Source: Squalus acanthias (lineage: Eukaryota). Taken from it: 64,000 bases of DNA. This document shows positions 24,365 to 37,219 of the stretch, in pieces (within the stretch, counting starts at the first letter, position 1; each line of letters opens with the position of its first letter). The notes under the pieces are model-generated. The model searched no databases, had not been told where the DNA came from, and saw only the letters and a list, made by a program, of their open reading frames with translations. The DNA lies in NCBI GenBank assembly GCA_030390025.1, contig CM059432.1, forward strand, positions 3,100,001 to 3,164,000, given 5' to 3'. The position numbers were made by a program, and so were the translations under genes.

Positions 24365-24870
24365 TAGAAAGAAATAAAGAACTTGCATTTATATAGCGCC
24401 TTTCATGGCCTCAGGCTGTCCCAAAGCGCTTCACAGCCAATGAAGTACTTTTGAAGTGTAGTCACTGTTGGAATGTAGGAAATGCAGCAGCCAATTTGCG
24501 CACAGCAAGCTCCCACAAACAGCAATGGGATAATGATCTGATCATCTGTTTTAGTGATGTTGTCTTCAAATAATGATGCGGAGATGCCGGTGTTGGACTG
24601 GGGTGGACAAAATTGAGAGCTCCGAAAGCTTGTGATTTCAAATAAAACTGTTGGACTATAACCTGGTGTTGTGCGACCTCTCAATTTTGTCTTCAAATAA
24701 TGCCATGGGATTTTGATTAAGTCCACCTGAGAGGGCAGACGGGGCCTCAGTTTAACGTCTCATCCGAAAGACGCCACCTCCGACAGTGCAGCACTCCCTC
24801 AGCACTGCACTGGAGTGTCAGCCTAGATTTTTGTGCTCAAGTCCCTGGAGTGGGACTTGAACCCACAACT
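24365..24870 (-). mobile_element. Deu-SINE hosting a Penelope-derived insertion
   Basis: Antisense Deu-SINE interrupted at 24576-24686. Confidence 0.8.
24576..24686 (-). mobile_element. Short fold-back Penelope-like insertion (copy A)
   Basis: 16-bp TSD ttgtcttcaaataatg (24560-24575, 24687-24702). Tail atgcggagatgccggtgttggactggggtg, then a short inverted pair gacaaaattgagag / ctctcaattttgtc. Confidence 0.8.
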
Positions 24871-25269
24871 GTGCATCTATCGGCGATCCCACAACACTAT
24901 TTCCATGAAGAGCAGGGGAGTACTCGCCGGTGCCCCGGCCAATATTTATCCCTCATTACATTCCTACATTACCACAGTGACTACACTTCAAAAGTACTTA
25001 ATTGGCTGTGAAGCGTTTTGGAACCTCCTGAGGTTGTGAAAGGTGCTGTAGAAATGCAAGTTAGTTCTTTCTTTCTCAACCAACACCCAAAAACAGTTTA
25101 TCTGGTCATTATCACATTGCTGTTTGTGGGACCTTGCTGTGCGCAAATTGGCTGCCACGTTTCCTACATCATTACAACAGTGAGTTTGGGATGTCACGAG
25201 GTTGTGAAAGATGCAATATAAATACAAGTCTTTCTATTAATGGAAGTGATCAAAGTGTTCGGTGAAGGT

Positions 25270-25968
25270 GTTGGGGTCTCAGCTGGGAGGTCTCCAGGGA
25301 GAAGCTGCTGGGGGAGGGGTCTCAGTCCAAGGGTCTCCAGGGAGACGGTGTTGGAGTCTGAGTCAGAGAGTCTCCAGGGAGACAATGCTGGGATCTCAGT
25401 CCTAGAGTCTCCATGTGAGAAGTTGTTGGGGCTCTCAGTCGGAGAGCCCCATGTGAGAAGGTGTTGGGGAATCTCCAGGGAGACAATGCTGGGGTCTCAG
25501 TCCCAGAGTCTCCATGGGAGAGGGTGCTGGGGAATCTCCAGGGAGACGGTGCTGGGGGTCACGGTCCGAGGGTCTCCAGGGAGAAGGTGCTGGGGTCTGA
25601 GTCAGAGAATCCCCAGGGAGACAATGCTGGGGTCTCAGTCCCAGTGTCTCCATGGGAGAGGGTACTGGGGAATCTCCAGGGAGACGGTGCTGGGGGTCAC
25701 GGTCCGAGGGTCTCCAGGGAGAAGGTGCTGGGGTCTGAGTCAGAGTGTCTCCAAACAGAAGGTGCTGGGGTCTCAGTCGGAGAGTCTCCATGTGAGAAGG
25801 TGCTGGGGTCTCAGTCCGAGGGTCTCCATGTGAGAAGGTGTTGGGGAATCTCCAGGGAGACAATGCTGGGGTCTCAGTCCCAGAGTCTCCATGGGAGAGG
25901 GTGCTGGGGAATCTCCAGGGAGACGGTGCTGGGGGTCACGGTCCGAGGGTCTCCAGGGAGAAGGTGTC
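25270..25968. repeat. Minisatellite with ~25- and 37/38-bp subunits and a 138-bp higher-order unit
   Basis: Subunits gggaga(c/a)ggtgctgggg...tctcca. gggagacaatgctggggtctcagtccc recurs at 25478, 25616 and 25855. Confidence 0.9.
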
Positions 25969-26826
25969 TTGCTAGCTCCCCAGTCAAAGCCTAGAGAGAA
26001 ATAAAAATCACTTTTTATTCTTTCAGATGCAAAGCAACCAGTTTTTCTGGTTATCAAAAACCAAGTATCGGCTAGAATTCTTGTCATTTGCAGCAGCAAT
26101 TGGAATAAAGAATGTATGCTCTTAATGCTTAAATTTAAATTTCATTCCCAATTTGATTTTCATATTGTTGCAAAAATCATATCACTGGAAACCGCAACAC
26201 TGTACACGATTGGTGGGGATTCTTTACTTAAAAGCTGTCTGCAGCTATAAGGTTACCAGTTAGCCCAGGACCTAAAGGTTCTCTTTGTAATTTATTTTCC
26301 ATTTCAATCACTAGAGAATAGCTCCAGTTTCACGTAAAAGGGCAGAGAGCTCGATGTCATCGGTCCCCTTTGGCAGTGCTGTGCTTGGCTGGATGTGAAC
26401 ACACTGCACCGAGCTCCATCTGGCCCACCCTTAACCCCACCACAAGCTACCTCAGCAGCTCATCCATCTCCCACAGCAGCCTGCTGCAGAGGGAACCATT
26501 CATATTCGGCCGCACTGACAGAATTCATCCATCCTCACCGTGTCCAAACCGCGGAGAACGGTAACCCCCCCCCCCCCCTCTGATGTGAGCATTTACAAAG
26601 TTGAGTATTTTGCAACAAAGAGGAAATTCAAATAAACTAGGCGATAATGTGCTCCCCCCCCCCCCCCCCCCAAGTAACCTCCTCCAAGAACTCTGCGTTC
26701 CTCTAATTCCGGCCTCTTTACACATCCCCGATTTCCATCGCCCAACCATCGGTGGCCGTGCCTTCAGCTGCCGAGGCCCCAAGCTCTGGAATTCCCTCCC
26801 TAAACCACTCCGCCTCTCTCCCCTGC

Positions 26827-29381
26827 TTTACGGGAATGGTAGCATAGCGGTTATGTTACTGGGCTAGTAACCCAGAGGCCTCGACTAATGATCCAGAGAC
26901 GCCAGTTCAAATCCCACCACTGGCAGCTGGGGAATTTAATTTCTATTAATGAAATAAATCTGGAATAAAAAGCTAGTGTCAGTAATGGTGACCATGAAAC
27001 TACTGGATTGTCATAAAACCCATCTGGTTCACCAATGTCCTTTAGGGAAGGAAATCTGCCGTCCTTACCTGGTCTGGCCTCTATGTGACTCCAGACCCAC
27101 AGCAATGTGGTTGACTCTGAACTGCTCTCTGAAATGTCCCAGCGAGACCCTCAGTTGTAACAAACCGCTACGAGAAACAATAAGAATTATTTTTGAAAAA
27201 CGCGGACTGCAGCGGTTCAAGAAGACGGCTCACCACCACCTTCTCGAGGGGCAATTAGGGATGGGCAATAAATGCCGGCCTTGCCAGCGACGCCCACATC
27301 CCAGGAACAAATTAAAAAAGAGGCTCCTTAAAACCTACCCTCTTTGACCAAGGTTATGGTCACCTGTCCCGAGATCGCCTTATGTGGCTCAGCAGTCAAA
27401 TTTTGTCTGATTACGCTCCTGTAAAGTGCCTTGGGATATTTCACTATGTTAACCGTGCTATATAAATACAAATTACTGTTGCTAAATTTAACAAGCTGAA
27501 GTTTTGACTAATCTAATGGAACTTTTGATGGTGTCCAGAAGCTGAACAAACATCAAGGTGGAAAAATGTGGATGGTTATGTAACCACGTGCATCAGGAAT
27601 AGAATTTGTTAGGCAAATGATACCATCGGAGATCATTCAATGGTTCACTAATGTCCTTTAGGGAAGGAAATCTGCTGCCCTTGCCCGGTCTGGCCGATAT
27701 GTGACTCCAGACCCACAGCAATGTGGTTGACTCTTAACCGCCCTCTGTGGTTCAAGAAGGGGGCTCACCACCACCTTCTCGAGGGCCGTTAGGGATGGGC
27801 AATAAATGCCTGGCCTTCCCAGCGACACCCACATCCCATGAACGAATTAAAAAAATAAAAAAAAATTGCCTCTCCTCATTCTTCCGTCACTTCACACTTC
27901 TCTGTGCTAAATTACATCAGCCATGCGTCTGCCCATCCTGAAGTTAGCTGACCGTCTGGGCAACACAGGAGGGCAGCAGGGTGGCAACAGCCTGGCACCT
28001 CACCACAGATAGGGGAAGGTTAGTGGACAGGTCATCCTGCCCCCCTCCCCCCTCGTGCCCCTCCTGGCAGTCTGTGTGAGAATGGCAGAAGCATGGCAAC
28101 AAGCTATCTGACTCGGGGAGGCAGGAATATAGGGCACCAATAAAGGATCAAAATAAAGGCGCAAAGGAACAGAATTCTTTCACTGTAGACTAACTACCTT
28201 TTTTTTAATAAAAGCTGAGAACGTGCAGCACAGAAACAGGCCATTCAGCCCAACTGGTCCATGCTGGTGTTTATGCTCCACACGAGCACCCTCCCACCTT
28301 ACCTTATCTAAGCCTATCTGCCTTTCTCCCTCATGTGTTTATCTAGCTTCCTCTTGCATGCATCTACACTATTCACCTCATCTACCCCCTGTGGGAGCGC
28401 GTTCCACATTCTCATCACTCTCTGGGTAAAGAAGTTTCTCCTGAATTCCCGATTGGATTTATTATTTTTGAACGTGTTTACAAAGCGCAGCGGTATAAAA
28501 AGATCAAAAGGAAAGAAGGAGCTGGCTTTTTAATCCAACAGTTTTCGGGGACAGAAGTACAATTTCCTGCCTCGCCAATGTTGGGATCATATCTAATCGC
28601 GTCTAGCCTACTGAACTTTGAATGATCTCCGATGGTATCATTTGCCTAACAAATTCTATTCCTGATACACGTGGTTACATAACCATCCACATTTTTCCAC
28701 CTTGATGTTTGTTCAGCTCCTGGACACCATCAAAACACCATCAAAAGTTCCATTAGATTAGTCAAAACTTCAGCTTGTTAAATTTAGCAACAGTAATTTG
28801 TATTTATATAGCACGGTTAACATAGTGAAATATCCCAAGGCACTTTACAGGAGTGCAATCGGACAAAATTTGATACCGAGCCACGCAAGGCGATATCGGG
28901 ACAGGTGACCATAACCTTGGTCAAAGAGGTAGGTTTTAAGGAGCCTTTTTAAAAATTTGTTCCTGGGATGTGGGCGTCGCTGGCAAGGCCGGCATTTATT
29001 GCCCATCCCTAATTGCCCCTCGAGAAGGTGGTGGTGGGACCGCCTTCTTGAACAGCTGCAGTCCGTGTTTTTTAAAATAATTCTTATTGTTTCTTGTAGT
29101 GTCTTGCTCGGCCATTTCAGAGGGCAGTTAAGAGTCAACCACATTGCTGTGTGTCTGGAGTCACACATAGGCCAGATTTCCCTTCCCTAAAAAAGGACAT
29201 TAGTGAACCAGATGGGTTTTTACAACAAACATCACCATTACTAATACTAGCTTTTTTTTTTAAATTCCAGATTTATTTCATTTAAATTCCACAGCTGTCG
29301 TGGGGGGATTTGAAGTCTCTGGATCATTAGTTCAGGCCTCTGGATTACTAGCCCAGTGACATAACCATGCTGCTACCGTAA
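26827..29381. repeat. Long inverted duplication (arms ~26827-27640 and ~28618-29381)
   Basis: Non-TE sequence 27480-27640 and the adjoining L2/SINE junction reappear reverse-complemented from 28618. Confidence 0.9.
26832..27320 (+). mobile_element. tRNA-derived SINE family 2, inserted in an L2 fragment (~26670-27480)
   Basis: tRNA-like head (ggtagcatagcggtta, agttcaaatccc). Its 3' tail (ggactgcagcggttcaagaag...gggcaataaatgccggccttgccagcgacgcccacatccc) is shared with the LINE family at 18659-19135. Confidence 0.8.
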
Positions 29382-29384
29382 CGC

Positions 29385-30960
29385 CAATATAAACCAAATG
29401 GTACAATTTTAAAGGGGGTGCAGGAACAGAGAGATCAGGGGCTGTACGTACACAAGTCTTTGAAGGTGGCAGGACAGTTTGAGAAGGATGTTAAAATAGC
29501 AATGGGATCCTTGGGTGTCTTGATAGAGAACGAGAGTACAAAAGCAAAGGAAAGTCACGCTAAACCTTTATAAAACACTAGTTAGGAATCAGCTGGAGTA
29601 TTGCGTCCAATTTAGGAAGAAATGTCAAGGCCTTGGAGAGGATGCAGAGGAGATTTACCAGAAGGTTACCGGGGATGAGGGACTTCAGTTAAGTGGAGAG
29701 ACTGGAGAAGCTGGGGTTGTTCTCCTTAGCGCAGAGAAGGTTAAGGGGAAATTTAATGGAGGCGTTCAAAACTATGAAGGGTTTTGATAGTTTGTTTCCA
29801 GGGAGAAAATTTGCCGGGCTGTGGGGGAAAGAGCAGGTGAAGTGAGACTAATTGGAGAGCTCTTTCAAAGAGCCAGCACAGGCACGATGGGCCAAATGGC
29901 CTCCTCCTGTGCTGTATGATTCTAATGCATTGTACCACAGGCATGACTAATTTAAAAAAAAAAACACATTGCATACCACAACACTGACTCAACAGCACAA
30001 AATAATTTTACTATTTTTTCTCCTCTACTGCAGAAGTATGGAATGATTGTGTGCCTGTGCAATTGTGCTAACCCAACCTATTCTAATCTATAAAGCTGTA
30101 AAATTCTCCGTAAAACCTTGAGATTTACTTCTTTTATGCTGTCTTGAGATTATCCAAGCTCAGTTCTCTTCTTCTCTTGGCTTAAATGCAAGGAAAAGAA
30201 ACAGGGGTCACAGTCCCGGATAAGGGTTCGGCCTTTTAGGACTGAGACGAAGAGGAATTTCTTCACTCAGAGGGTGGTGAATCTTTGGAATTCTCTGCCC
30301 CAGAGGGCTGTGGATGCTGAGTCGTTGAGTATATTCAAGGCTGAGATCGATAGATTTTTGGATTCTAGGGGAGCTGAGGTCGAAGATCAGCCATGGTCTT
30401 ATTGAATGGCGGAGCAGGCTCGAGGGGCCGTATGGCCGACTCCTGCTCCTAATCCTTATGTTCTTATGTAGACCCAATTAACGGTTTCGCTGTGTAGATT
30501 GGCTCCTCTTGGTTGAAGCACACAACAACTGCACTCAGGGTTTATTGGCCCGATTACCAGGGCTGTGTTAATCTTATAGAATCTGAGAACGGTACAGCAC
30601 AGAAGGAGGCCATTCGGCCCATCATGTCTGCCCCGACTCTTTCGAAGAGCGATCCAGTTAGTCCCACTCCCCCGCGCTCTCCCCATATCCCTGCAATTTT
30701 TTTCTCCTTCCAGTATTTATCCAACTCCCTTTTGAAGGCTGCTATTGAATCTGTCTCCACCACCCTCTCAGGCAGCGCGTTCCAAATCCCAACCACTCGT
30801 TGCGTAAAAAAGTTTTTCCTCGTGTCGTCTCTGGTTCTTTTGCCAATCACCTGAAATCTGTGCCCTCTGGTCATCGACCCTTCAGCCACTGGAAACAGTT
30901 TCTCTTTATTTACTCTCTGTATAAACCCTTCATGATTTTAAACACCTCTATCGAATCTCT
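29385..30960. mobile_element. Cluster of CR1 3' fragments (29385-29925 +, 30204-30467 +, 30577-30960 -)
   Basis: CR1 ORF2 C-terminal motifs and 3' tails. Confidence 0.8.
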
Positions 30961-31604
30961 CGATGGATATAAAATCCAAAAGGACATTAAGATGCAGATT
31001 CACTGTCTGGGTAGCACTTTAGGGCAGGGTGAAGACTGATTCTTTTTTTTTGGTTGTAGCATGCAACGCACCAACAAGCTGCTGTCCCCAACTCCCCTCC
31101 CTGAGCTCACTCGGACTGTGCAAATAGGTACTGGACTATAGAACAAAACAGGGCACCATACTGACAGAGCAGTCACTATGGAGAAGTCATAGCGTATTCA
31201 GGTAAAAACAGATAAGGTCAATCATCAAGGGTAAAACTAACCCGTTGCACCCAACCTAGTCATCATGGCCATATTTTACAACAGAAGTCATTAGATAATG
31301 ATAAAGAAAGACTTGCACTGCTATAGCACCACCTCAGGACGTCCCAAAGCGCTTTACAGCCAATGAGGTACTTCTGAAGTGTAGTCACTGTTCTAATGTG
31401 GGAAACGCAGTTAGTATCAGTAATGGTGACCATGAAACTCATAAAAGCCCACCTGGTTCACTGACGTCCTTTAGTGAAGGAAATCTGCCATCCTTACCCA
31501 GTCTGGCCTGCATGTGACTCCAGACCCACAGCAATGTGGTTGACTCTTAACTGCCCTCTGAAATGGCCCAGCAAGACACTCAGTTGTCAAGAAGGCAGCT
31601 CACC

Positions 31605-33189
31605 ACCATCTTCAAGAAAGGTGACAAGTCCAATTGCGGTAATTACAGAGGAGTTTCCCTGCTGTCTGCCACAGGGAAAGTCATCGCAAGAATCCTCCTC
31701 AATCGCCTTCTCCCAGTGGCCGAAGAGCTCCTCCCAGAGTCACAATGCGGATTCCGCCCACTAAGGGGCACAATGGACATGATCTTCACCACTTGTCAAT
31801 TACAAGAGAAATGCAGGGAACAGCACCAACCGCTGTACATGGCCTTCTTTGATCTCACAAAGGCCTTCGACACTGTCAACCGTGAGGGATTATGGAGTGT
31901 CCTCCTCAAATTCGGCTGCCCTCAAAAGTTTGTCACCATCCTCTGCCTGCTTCATGACGACATGCAAGCCGTGATCCTGACCAACAGTTCCACCACAGAC
32001 CCAATTCACGTACGAACCGGGGTCAAGCAAGGCTGTGTCATCGCACCAACGCGCTTCTCGATCTTCCTTGCTGCAATGCTCCATCTCACCCTCAGTAAGC
32101 TCCCCACTGGAGTGGAGCTAATTTACAGAACAAACGGGAAACTGTTCAACCTCCGTCGCCTCCAGTCCAGATCCAAGGTTGTCCCATCCTCTGTCGTCGA
32201 ATTACAGTATGCAGACGACGCTTGCGTCTGCGCTCACTCGGAGGTCGAACTCCAAACCATCGTCAACACCTTCACCGAAGCGTACAAGAGCATGGGCCTT
32301 ACATTAAACATCCGTAAGACAAAGGTCCTCTACCAACCTGCCCCCGCCACACAGTACTGCCCCCCGATTATCAAAATCCACGACAAGGCCTTGGACATCG
32401 TGGACCACTTTCCATACCTCGGGAGCCTACTGTCAACAAGGGCCGACGTCGACGACGAAGTCCAACACTGCCTTCAGTGTGCCAGTGCAGCCTTCGGTCG
32501 CCTGAGGAAGAGAGTGTTTGAAGACCAGGACCTCAAACCCGACACTAAGCTCATGGTCTACAGAGCAGCAGTGATACCCGCCCTGCTGTATGCCTCAGAG
32601 ACATGGACCATGTACAGCAGGCACCTCAAAGCACTGGAGAGGTACCACCAACGCTGCCTCCGCAAGATCCTGCAAATCCATTGGCAGGATAGGCGCACCA
32701 ACGTCAGTGTTCTTGCTCAGGCCAACATCCCCAGCATCGAAGCTCTGGCCACGCTCAATCAGCTCCGATGGACAGGTCACATCGTCTGCATGCCCGATAC
32801 AAGACTCCCAAAGCAAGCACTCTACTCGGAGCTCCGGCACGGCAAGAGAGCCCCAGGTGGGCAGAGGAAATGCTTCAAGGACACCCTCAAAGCCTCCTTG
32901 AAAAAGTGCAACATCCCCACCGACACCTGGGAATCCCTGGCCCAAGACTGCACAAAGTGGAGGAGAAGCATCCGGGAAGGCGCCGAACACCTCGAGTCTC
33001 TTCGCCGGGAGCAAGCGGAAGCCAAGTGCAGGCAGCGCATGTCAACCCAAGCACCCCACCCACCCAACCCTTCAACCACCATCTGCCCCACCTGTGACAG
33101 AGACTGCAGGTCCCGCATTGGACGCATCAGTCACCTGAGAACTCATTTTTAGTGTGGAATCAAGTCATCCTCAGTTCCGAGGGACTGCC

Positions 33190-33220
<31 letters not shown>
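31605..33220 (+). mobile_element. 5'-truncated RTE-clade LINE with uninterrupted RT ORF
   Basis: IFKKGDKSNCGNYRGVSLL, ESQCGFR, FFDLTKAFDTVNREGLW, GVKQGCVIAP and LQYADD motifs, a C-terminal C2H2-like CPTC...H...H, stop at 33152, a short 3' UTR and an (AAG)n tail at 33191-33220. Confidence 0.95.
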
Positions 33221-33525
33221 GAGTACTGAGGGAGTGCTGCACTGTCAGAGGTGACGTTAAACCAAGGCCCTGTCAAAGAAGAGCAGGGGCGTTCTCCCCG
33301 GTGTCCTGGTCAATATTTATCCCTCAACCGACATAACAAAAACAGATTATCTGGTCATTATCACATTGCTGTTTGTGGGAGCTTGCTGTGCACAAACTAG
33401 CTGCCGCATTTCCTACATTACAACAGTGACTACACTTCAAAACGTACTTCATTGGCTGTAAAGCGCTTTGAGATGTCCGGTGGTCGTGAAAGGCGCTGTA
33501 GAAATGGAAGTCTTTTTCTTTCTTT
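33221..33525 (+). mobile_element. Deu-SINE partial copy
   Basis: Deu core with deletions and an L2-like tail. Confidence 0.75.
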
Positions 33526-34184
33526 ACTTACGCCTGCTGACGGTATTCTAGATTTATCTCCCCTGCCCCCACCCCTGGATGTCCTTCCTGATCAGCACAC
33601 TACTTGTTTTTGTTTTGTATGATGGGAATATGGGGTGTCTAGTTTGGCTATCCACTCGGTGGCCTCCCGAGATGCTGAGTGGAGACATGAGGTGTCTCCT
33701 GCAGCAGATGTTAGTGGGCAGGTTGATGTGTTCCATGGTTTTTTTTTAAAATATTCATTCACGGGATGTGGGCATCGCTGGCAAGGCTGGCATTTATTGC
33801 CCATCCTGAATTGCCCCTTGAGAAGGTGGTGGTGAGTGGCCTTCTTGACAACGGAGTGGCTTGCTGGGCCATTTCAGAGGGCAGTTAAGAGTCAACCACA
33901 TTGCTGTGGGTCTGGAGTCACATATCGGCCAGACCGGGTAAGGGCGGCAGATTTCCTTCCCTAAAGGACATTAGTGAACCAGATGGGTTTTTATGACAGC
34001 CTACACTTCGGCAAAAAAAGCAGTGCAGAGGGATAGAGTAGAAGTCAAGACTGGCTGTACTGTTGTGCAATAAGGTGCTGGTTGGACCCCACCTGGTTAC
34101 TACATGCATTTCTGGTATCCGAGCCACCGAGCCAAATTTAATCCCCTAGCTTTGGTTTAGTCAGCTGGGCATCCTCAATTACCA

Positions 34185-34760
34185 AAATCAAATCATTTCG
34201 GTAATTAGGTGCCTTTTTCATAAATTTGTGTTTGATTATCGAAGCATTTAATTTGCAGCCTTAATGGAGCCGTTTGCTTTCTTTGAATGTCGTTGGCAAT
34301 CAGAGAACCGTACAGCACGGAAGGAGGCCATTCGGCCCATCGCGTCTGCGCTGGCTCTTTTGCCAAAGTTGTTACTTTGCCAACAATTTTACCATCTGCC
34401 AGAATCACTTTGAATAATTGGGGTGGAGGGGGGATCTTCAATTTGTCGAAACCCATTACCATGGTTTAAAAGTGCCCTGGGCAGAGTAACAGGAGCAATA
34501 CCCTCAACCCCAATTATTCAAAGTGATTCTGGCAGATGGTAAAATTGTTGGCAAAGTAACAACTTTGGCAAAAGAGCCGGCGCAGTCTCGATGGGCCGAA
34601 TGGCCTCCTTCCGTGCTGTAAGGTTCTCCGATTACCAACGACATTCAAAGAAAGCACACGGCTCCACTAAGGCTGCAAATGAAATGCTTCCTTTAATCAA
34701 ACACAAATTAACCGGTCTAGTTTATGAAAAAGGCATCCAATTACCGAAATGATTTGATTT
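34185..34760. repeat. Fold-back inverted repeat (arms ~34185-34430 and 34501-34760, 70-nt loop)
   Basis: Direct reverse-complement match, e.g. gccaaagttgttactttgccaacaattttaccatctgccagaatcactttgaataattgggg vs ccccaattattcaaagtgattctggcagatggtaaaattgttggcaaagtaacaactttggc. Confidence 0.95.
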
Positions 34761-35736
34761 ATTTGGAATCGGATTTAATTTCGAAACATGCCATAAAAGT
34801 GCGACTCAACCCAGGTGAAGAGCACAGCCCCGAGAGCCTGCTTTAGCATCTACAGAGACAGCAACACCTCTGGAGACCCCCACAAGATCCCAGCGCTCAG
34901 TGCGCATGGCACTCTGGGTTACGTCAGCGCTGTCCAATAGAGAGAATTTTTTTTTAAAAAATCGGCTGCCTGATCGCAGCTGTGGCGACAGCGACAGCGT
35001 TTTAGCCACATGCACCGATTTCAGTAGAACACGCCCGACCCACGATCCCACGATCCAGGGCAAGTGTACTTCACACCAGTGTTCATAAGAACAGAAGAAA
35101 CAGGAGCAGGAGTCGGCCATTCGGCCCCCCGAGCCTGCTCCGCCATTCGATGAGATCACGGCCGATCCGATCCTGGCCTCAACTCCACTTCCCTGCCCCG
35201 CTCCCCATAACCCTCGACTCCCTTATCGTTCAAAAATCTGTCTCTCCCCAGCCTTAAATATATTCAACGACCCAGCGCCCCTCGATGCTGCGGGGCCGTG
35301 ATCTGCGGCTCGCACGTCCGGCTCACCGGCTTTTAAAATAGGAAAAACCGCGCACGCGGGGTATTTTGAATGGGCCGCGCAGCCTCTTAAAAAGGGGCCG
35401 CGCACCCCCCAAAAAAAAAATTAAAGGGAACATCGCTTTGCCACATGTGGCTGATTGGGATTCCGTATGAGGGCTCTGATTAGTAAATTCAAAAAAAATA
35501 AGAGTATTAGACACCTCCAGTTGGTTATGTGGTCAATATTAGTTGTTTCAGTTCTCCCAAAAGAGCCAGCAACGGCAGGATGGGCCGAACGGCCTCCTTC
35601 GGTGCTGTATCATTCCATGATGCCCATGGCGGGTGACTTTTAACCATTTTGTGCATGGGTTGGCCAGATGGAAAGCAGAGTGCGCGAGAGTATTTTTTTT
35701 TGATTGCTGTGAATACTTTACCCCCTTGATTACTTC

Positions 35737-35989
35737 GGGTTGCCAACCCTCCAGCAATGTCCGGAGTCTCCAAGAATGTCCTGGACACTGCCCAGGAGAA
35801 AAATCATTTTTTTTTAAAAAATGGTCTGTTTTCTTTTTCCATTTTCCTTGGAACACTTTCATCTATTAATTATAAAAAATATTGGAAAATGGGGTTGGCG
35901 GGGGGTGAACAGCAGTCTGACTGGGCGGGGAGGCGAGAGGTGATGGGACGTAACCTCCAGGAGTTCTTCCAACCAGAGTCGGCAAACCC
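35737..35989. mobile_element. Probable small non-autonomous DNA transposon
   Basis: Imperfect terminal inverted ends gggttgccaacc / agtcggcaaaccc. No clear TSD. Confidence 0.45.
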
Positions 35990-36044
35990 GCGGTCACTGA
36001 ATGGAGCCAGAGCGCCGCACGGCTGCACAGCTTCAAGGGAATCA

Positions 36045-36480
36045 CAGACTGATTCCTGGGATGGCTGGGCTGTCGTATGAGGAGAGATTGGGTCGACTAG
36101 GCCTGTATTCACCAGAGTTTAGAAGAATGAGAGGGGATCTCATTGAAACGTATAAAATTCTGACAGGGCTAGACAGACTGGATGGAGGGAGGATGTTTCC
36201 CCGGGCTGGGGGGGTCTAGAACGAGGGGTCACAGTCTCAGGATACGAGATAGGACATTTAGGACTGAGATGAGGAGAAATGTCTTCACTCAGAGGGTGGT
36301 GAACCTGTGGAATTCTCTACCACAGAAGGCTGTGGAGGCCAAGTCACTGAATATATTTAAGAAGGAGATAGATAGATTTCTAGACACAAAAGGTGTCAAG
36401 GGGTATGGGGAGAGAGCGGGAATATGGTATTGTGATCGAGATCAGCCATGATCATATTGAATGGCCTACTCCTGTTTCTA
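36045..36480 (+). mobile_element. CR1 LINE 3' fragment
   Basis: RLIPGMAGLSYEERLGRLGLYSPEFRRMRGDLIETYKIL. Confidence 0.9.
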
Positions 36481-36729
36481 TGGAACATTGGTGGCAGGTG
36501 ACGCGTGTAATAGACAACACTGAATGAATTCACTGCACTTTTTGCATCTGAACATCTCGCTTCACGAAACAGCACAATGCTCAACGCAGTTGCTCCCACT
36601 TTCAGTTCATCACATTGAAACGTTCAAGGTTCCGAAGGAGATTGATGAAGTTCACCTGGCGCTGAAGGGCTTAAATATCAGGGAACAGGACAGGAAGGCA
36701 GAATTTTTAATTGCATGGAACAGTAAAAT

Positions 36730-37140
36730 AATTAAAGACTTGAATTTCTACAGCAACTTTCACGACCACCGGACGTCCCAAAGCGCTTCACAGCCAATTA
36801 AGTGCTTTTTGAAGTGTAGTCACCGTTGTAATGTGGGAAACGCGGCAGCCAATCTGCACACAGCAAGCTCCCACAAACAGATAGGAGATTTAGGTGTTGA
36901 GATTTAAATGTCGGCCAGGACATCAGGGATAACTCTCCTGCTCTTCTTCGCATTAGTGCACAGGATCTTTTACGTCAACCTAAAAGAGCAGGCGGGGCCT
37001 CGGTTTAACGTCTCATCCGAAAGACGGCATCTCCGACAGTGCAGCACTCCCTCAGCACTGCACTGGAGTGTCAGCCTGGATTTATGTGCTCAAGTCTCTG
37101 GAGTGGGGCTTGAACCCACAACCATTCTGACTCAGAGGCC
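36730..37140 (-). mobile_element. Deu-SINE
   Basis: Antisense Deu core and tail. Confidence 0.8.
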
Positions 37141-37219
37141 ACAGCAAACCAGACTGTGTTTGAACAAAGAAGAATTAAATGTGTGCATAAAGAAAGAGTA
37201 ATGTGAGACTTTGCGAAAC

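Noticed and set aside
25240..26099. Long ORFs (197, 177, 142 and 108 aa)
   Set aside because: They are translations of a minisatellite in several frames on both strands, with no splice or domain evidence.
31563..33152. 529-aa ORF as a host gene
   Set aside because: It is a 5'-truncated RTE ORF with no endonuclease domain, and its start codon comes from a SINE.
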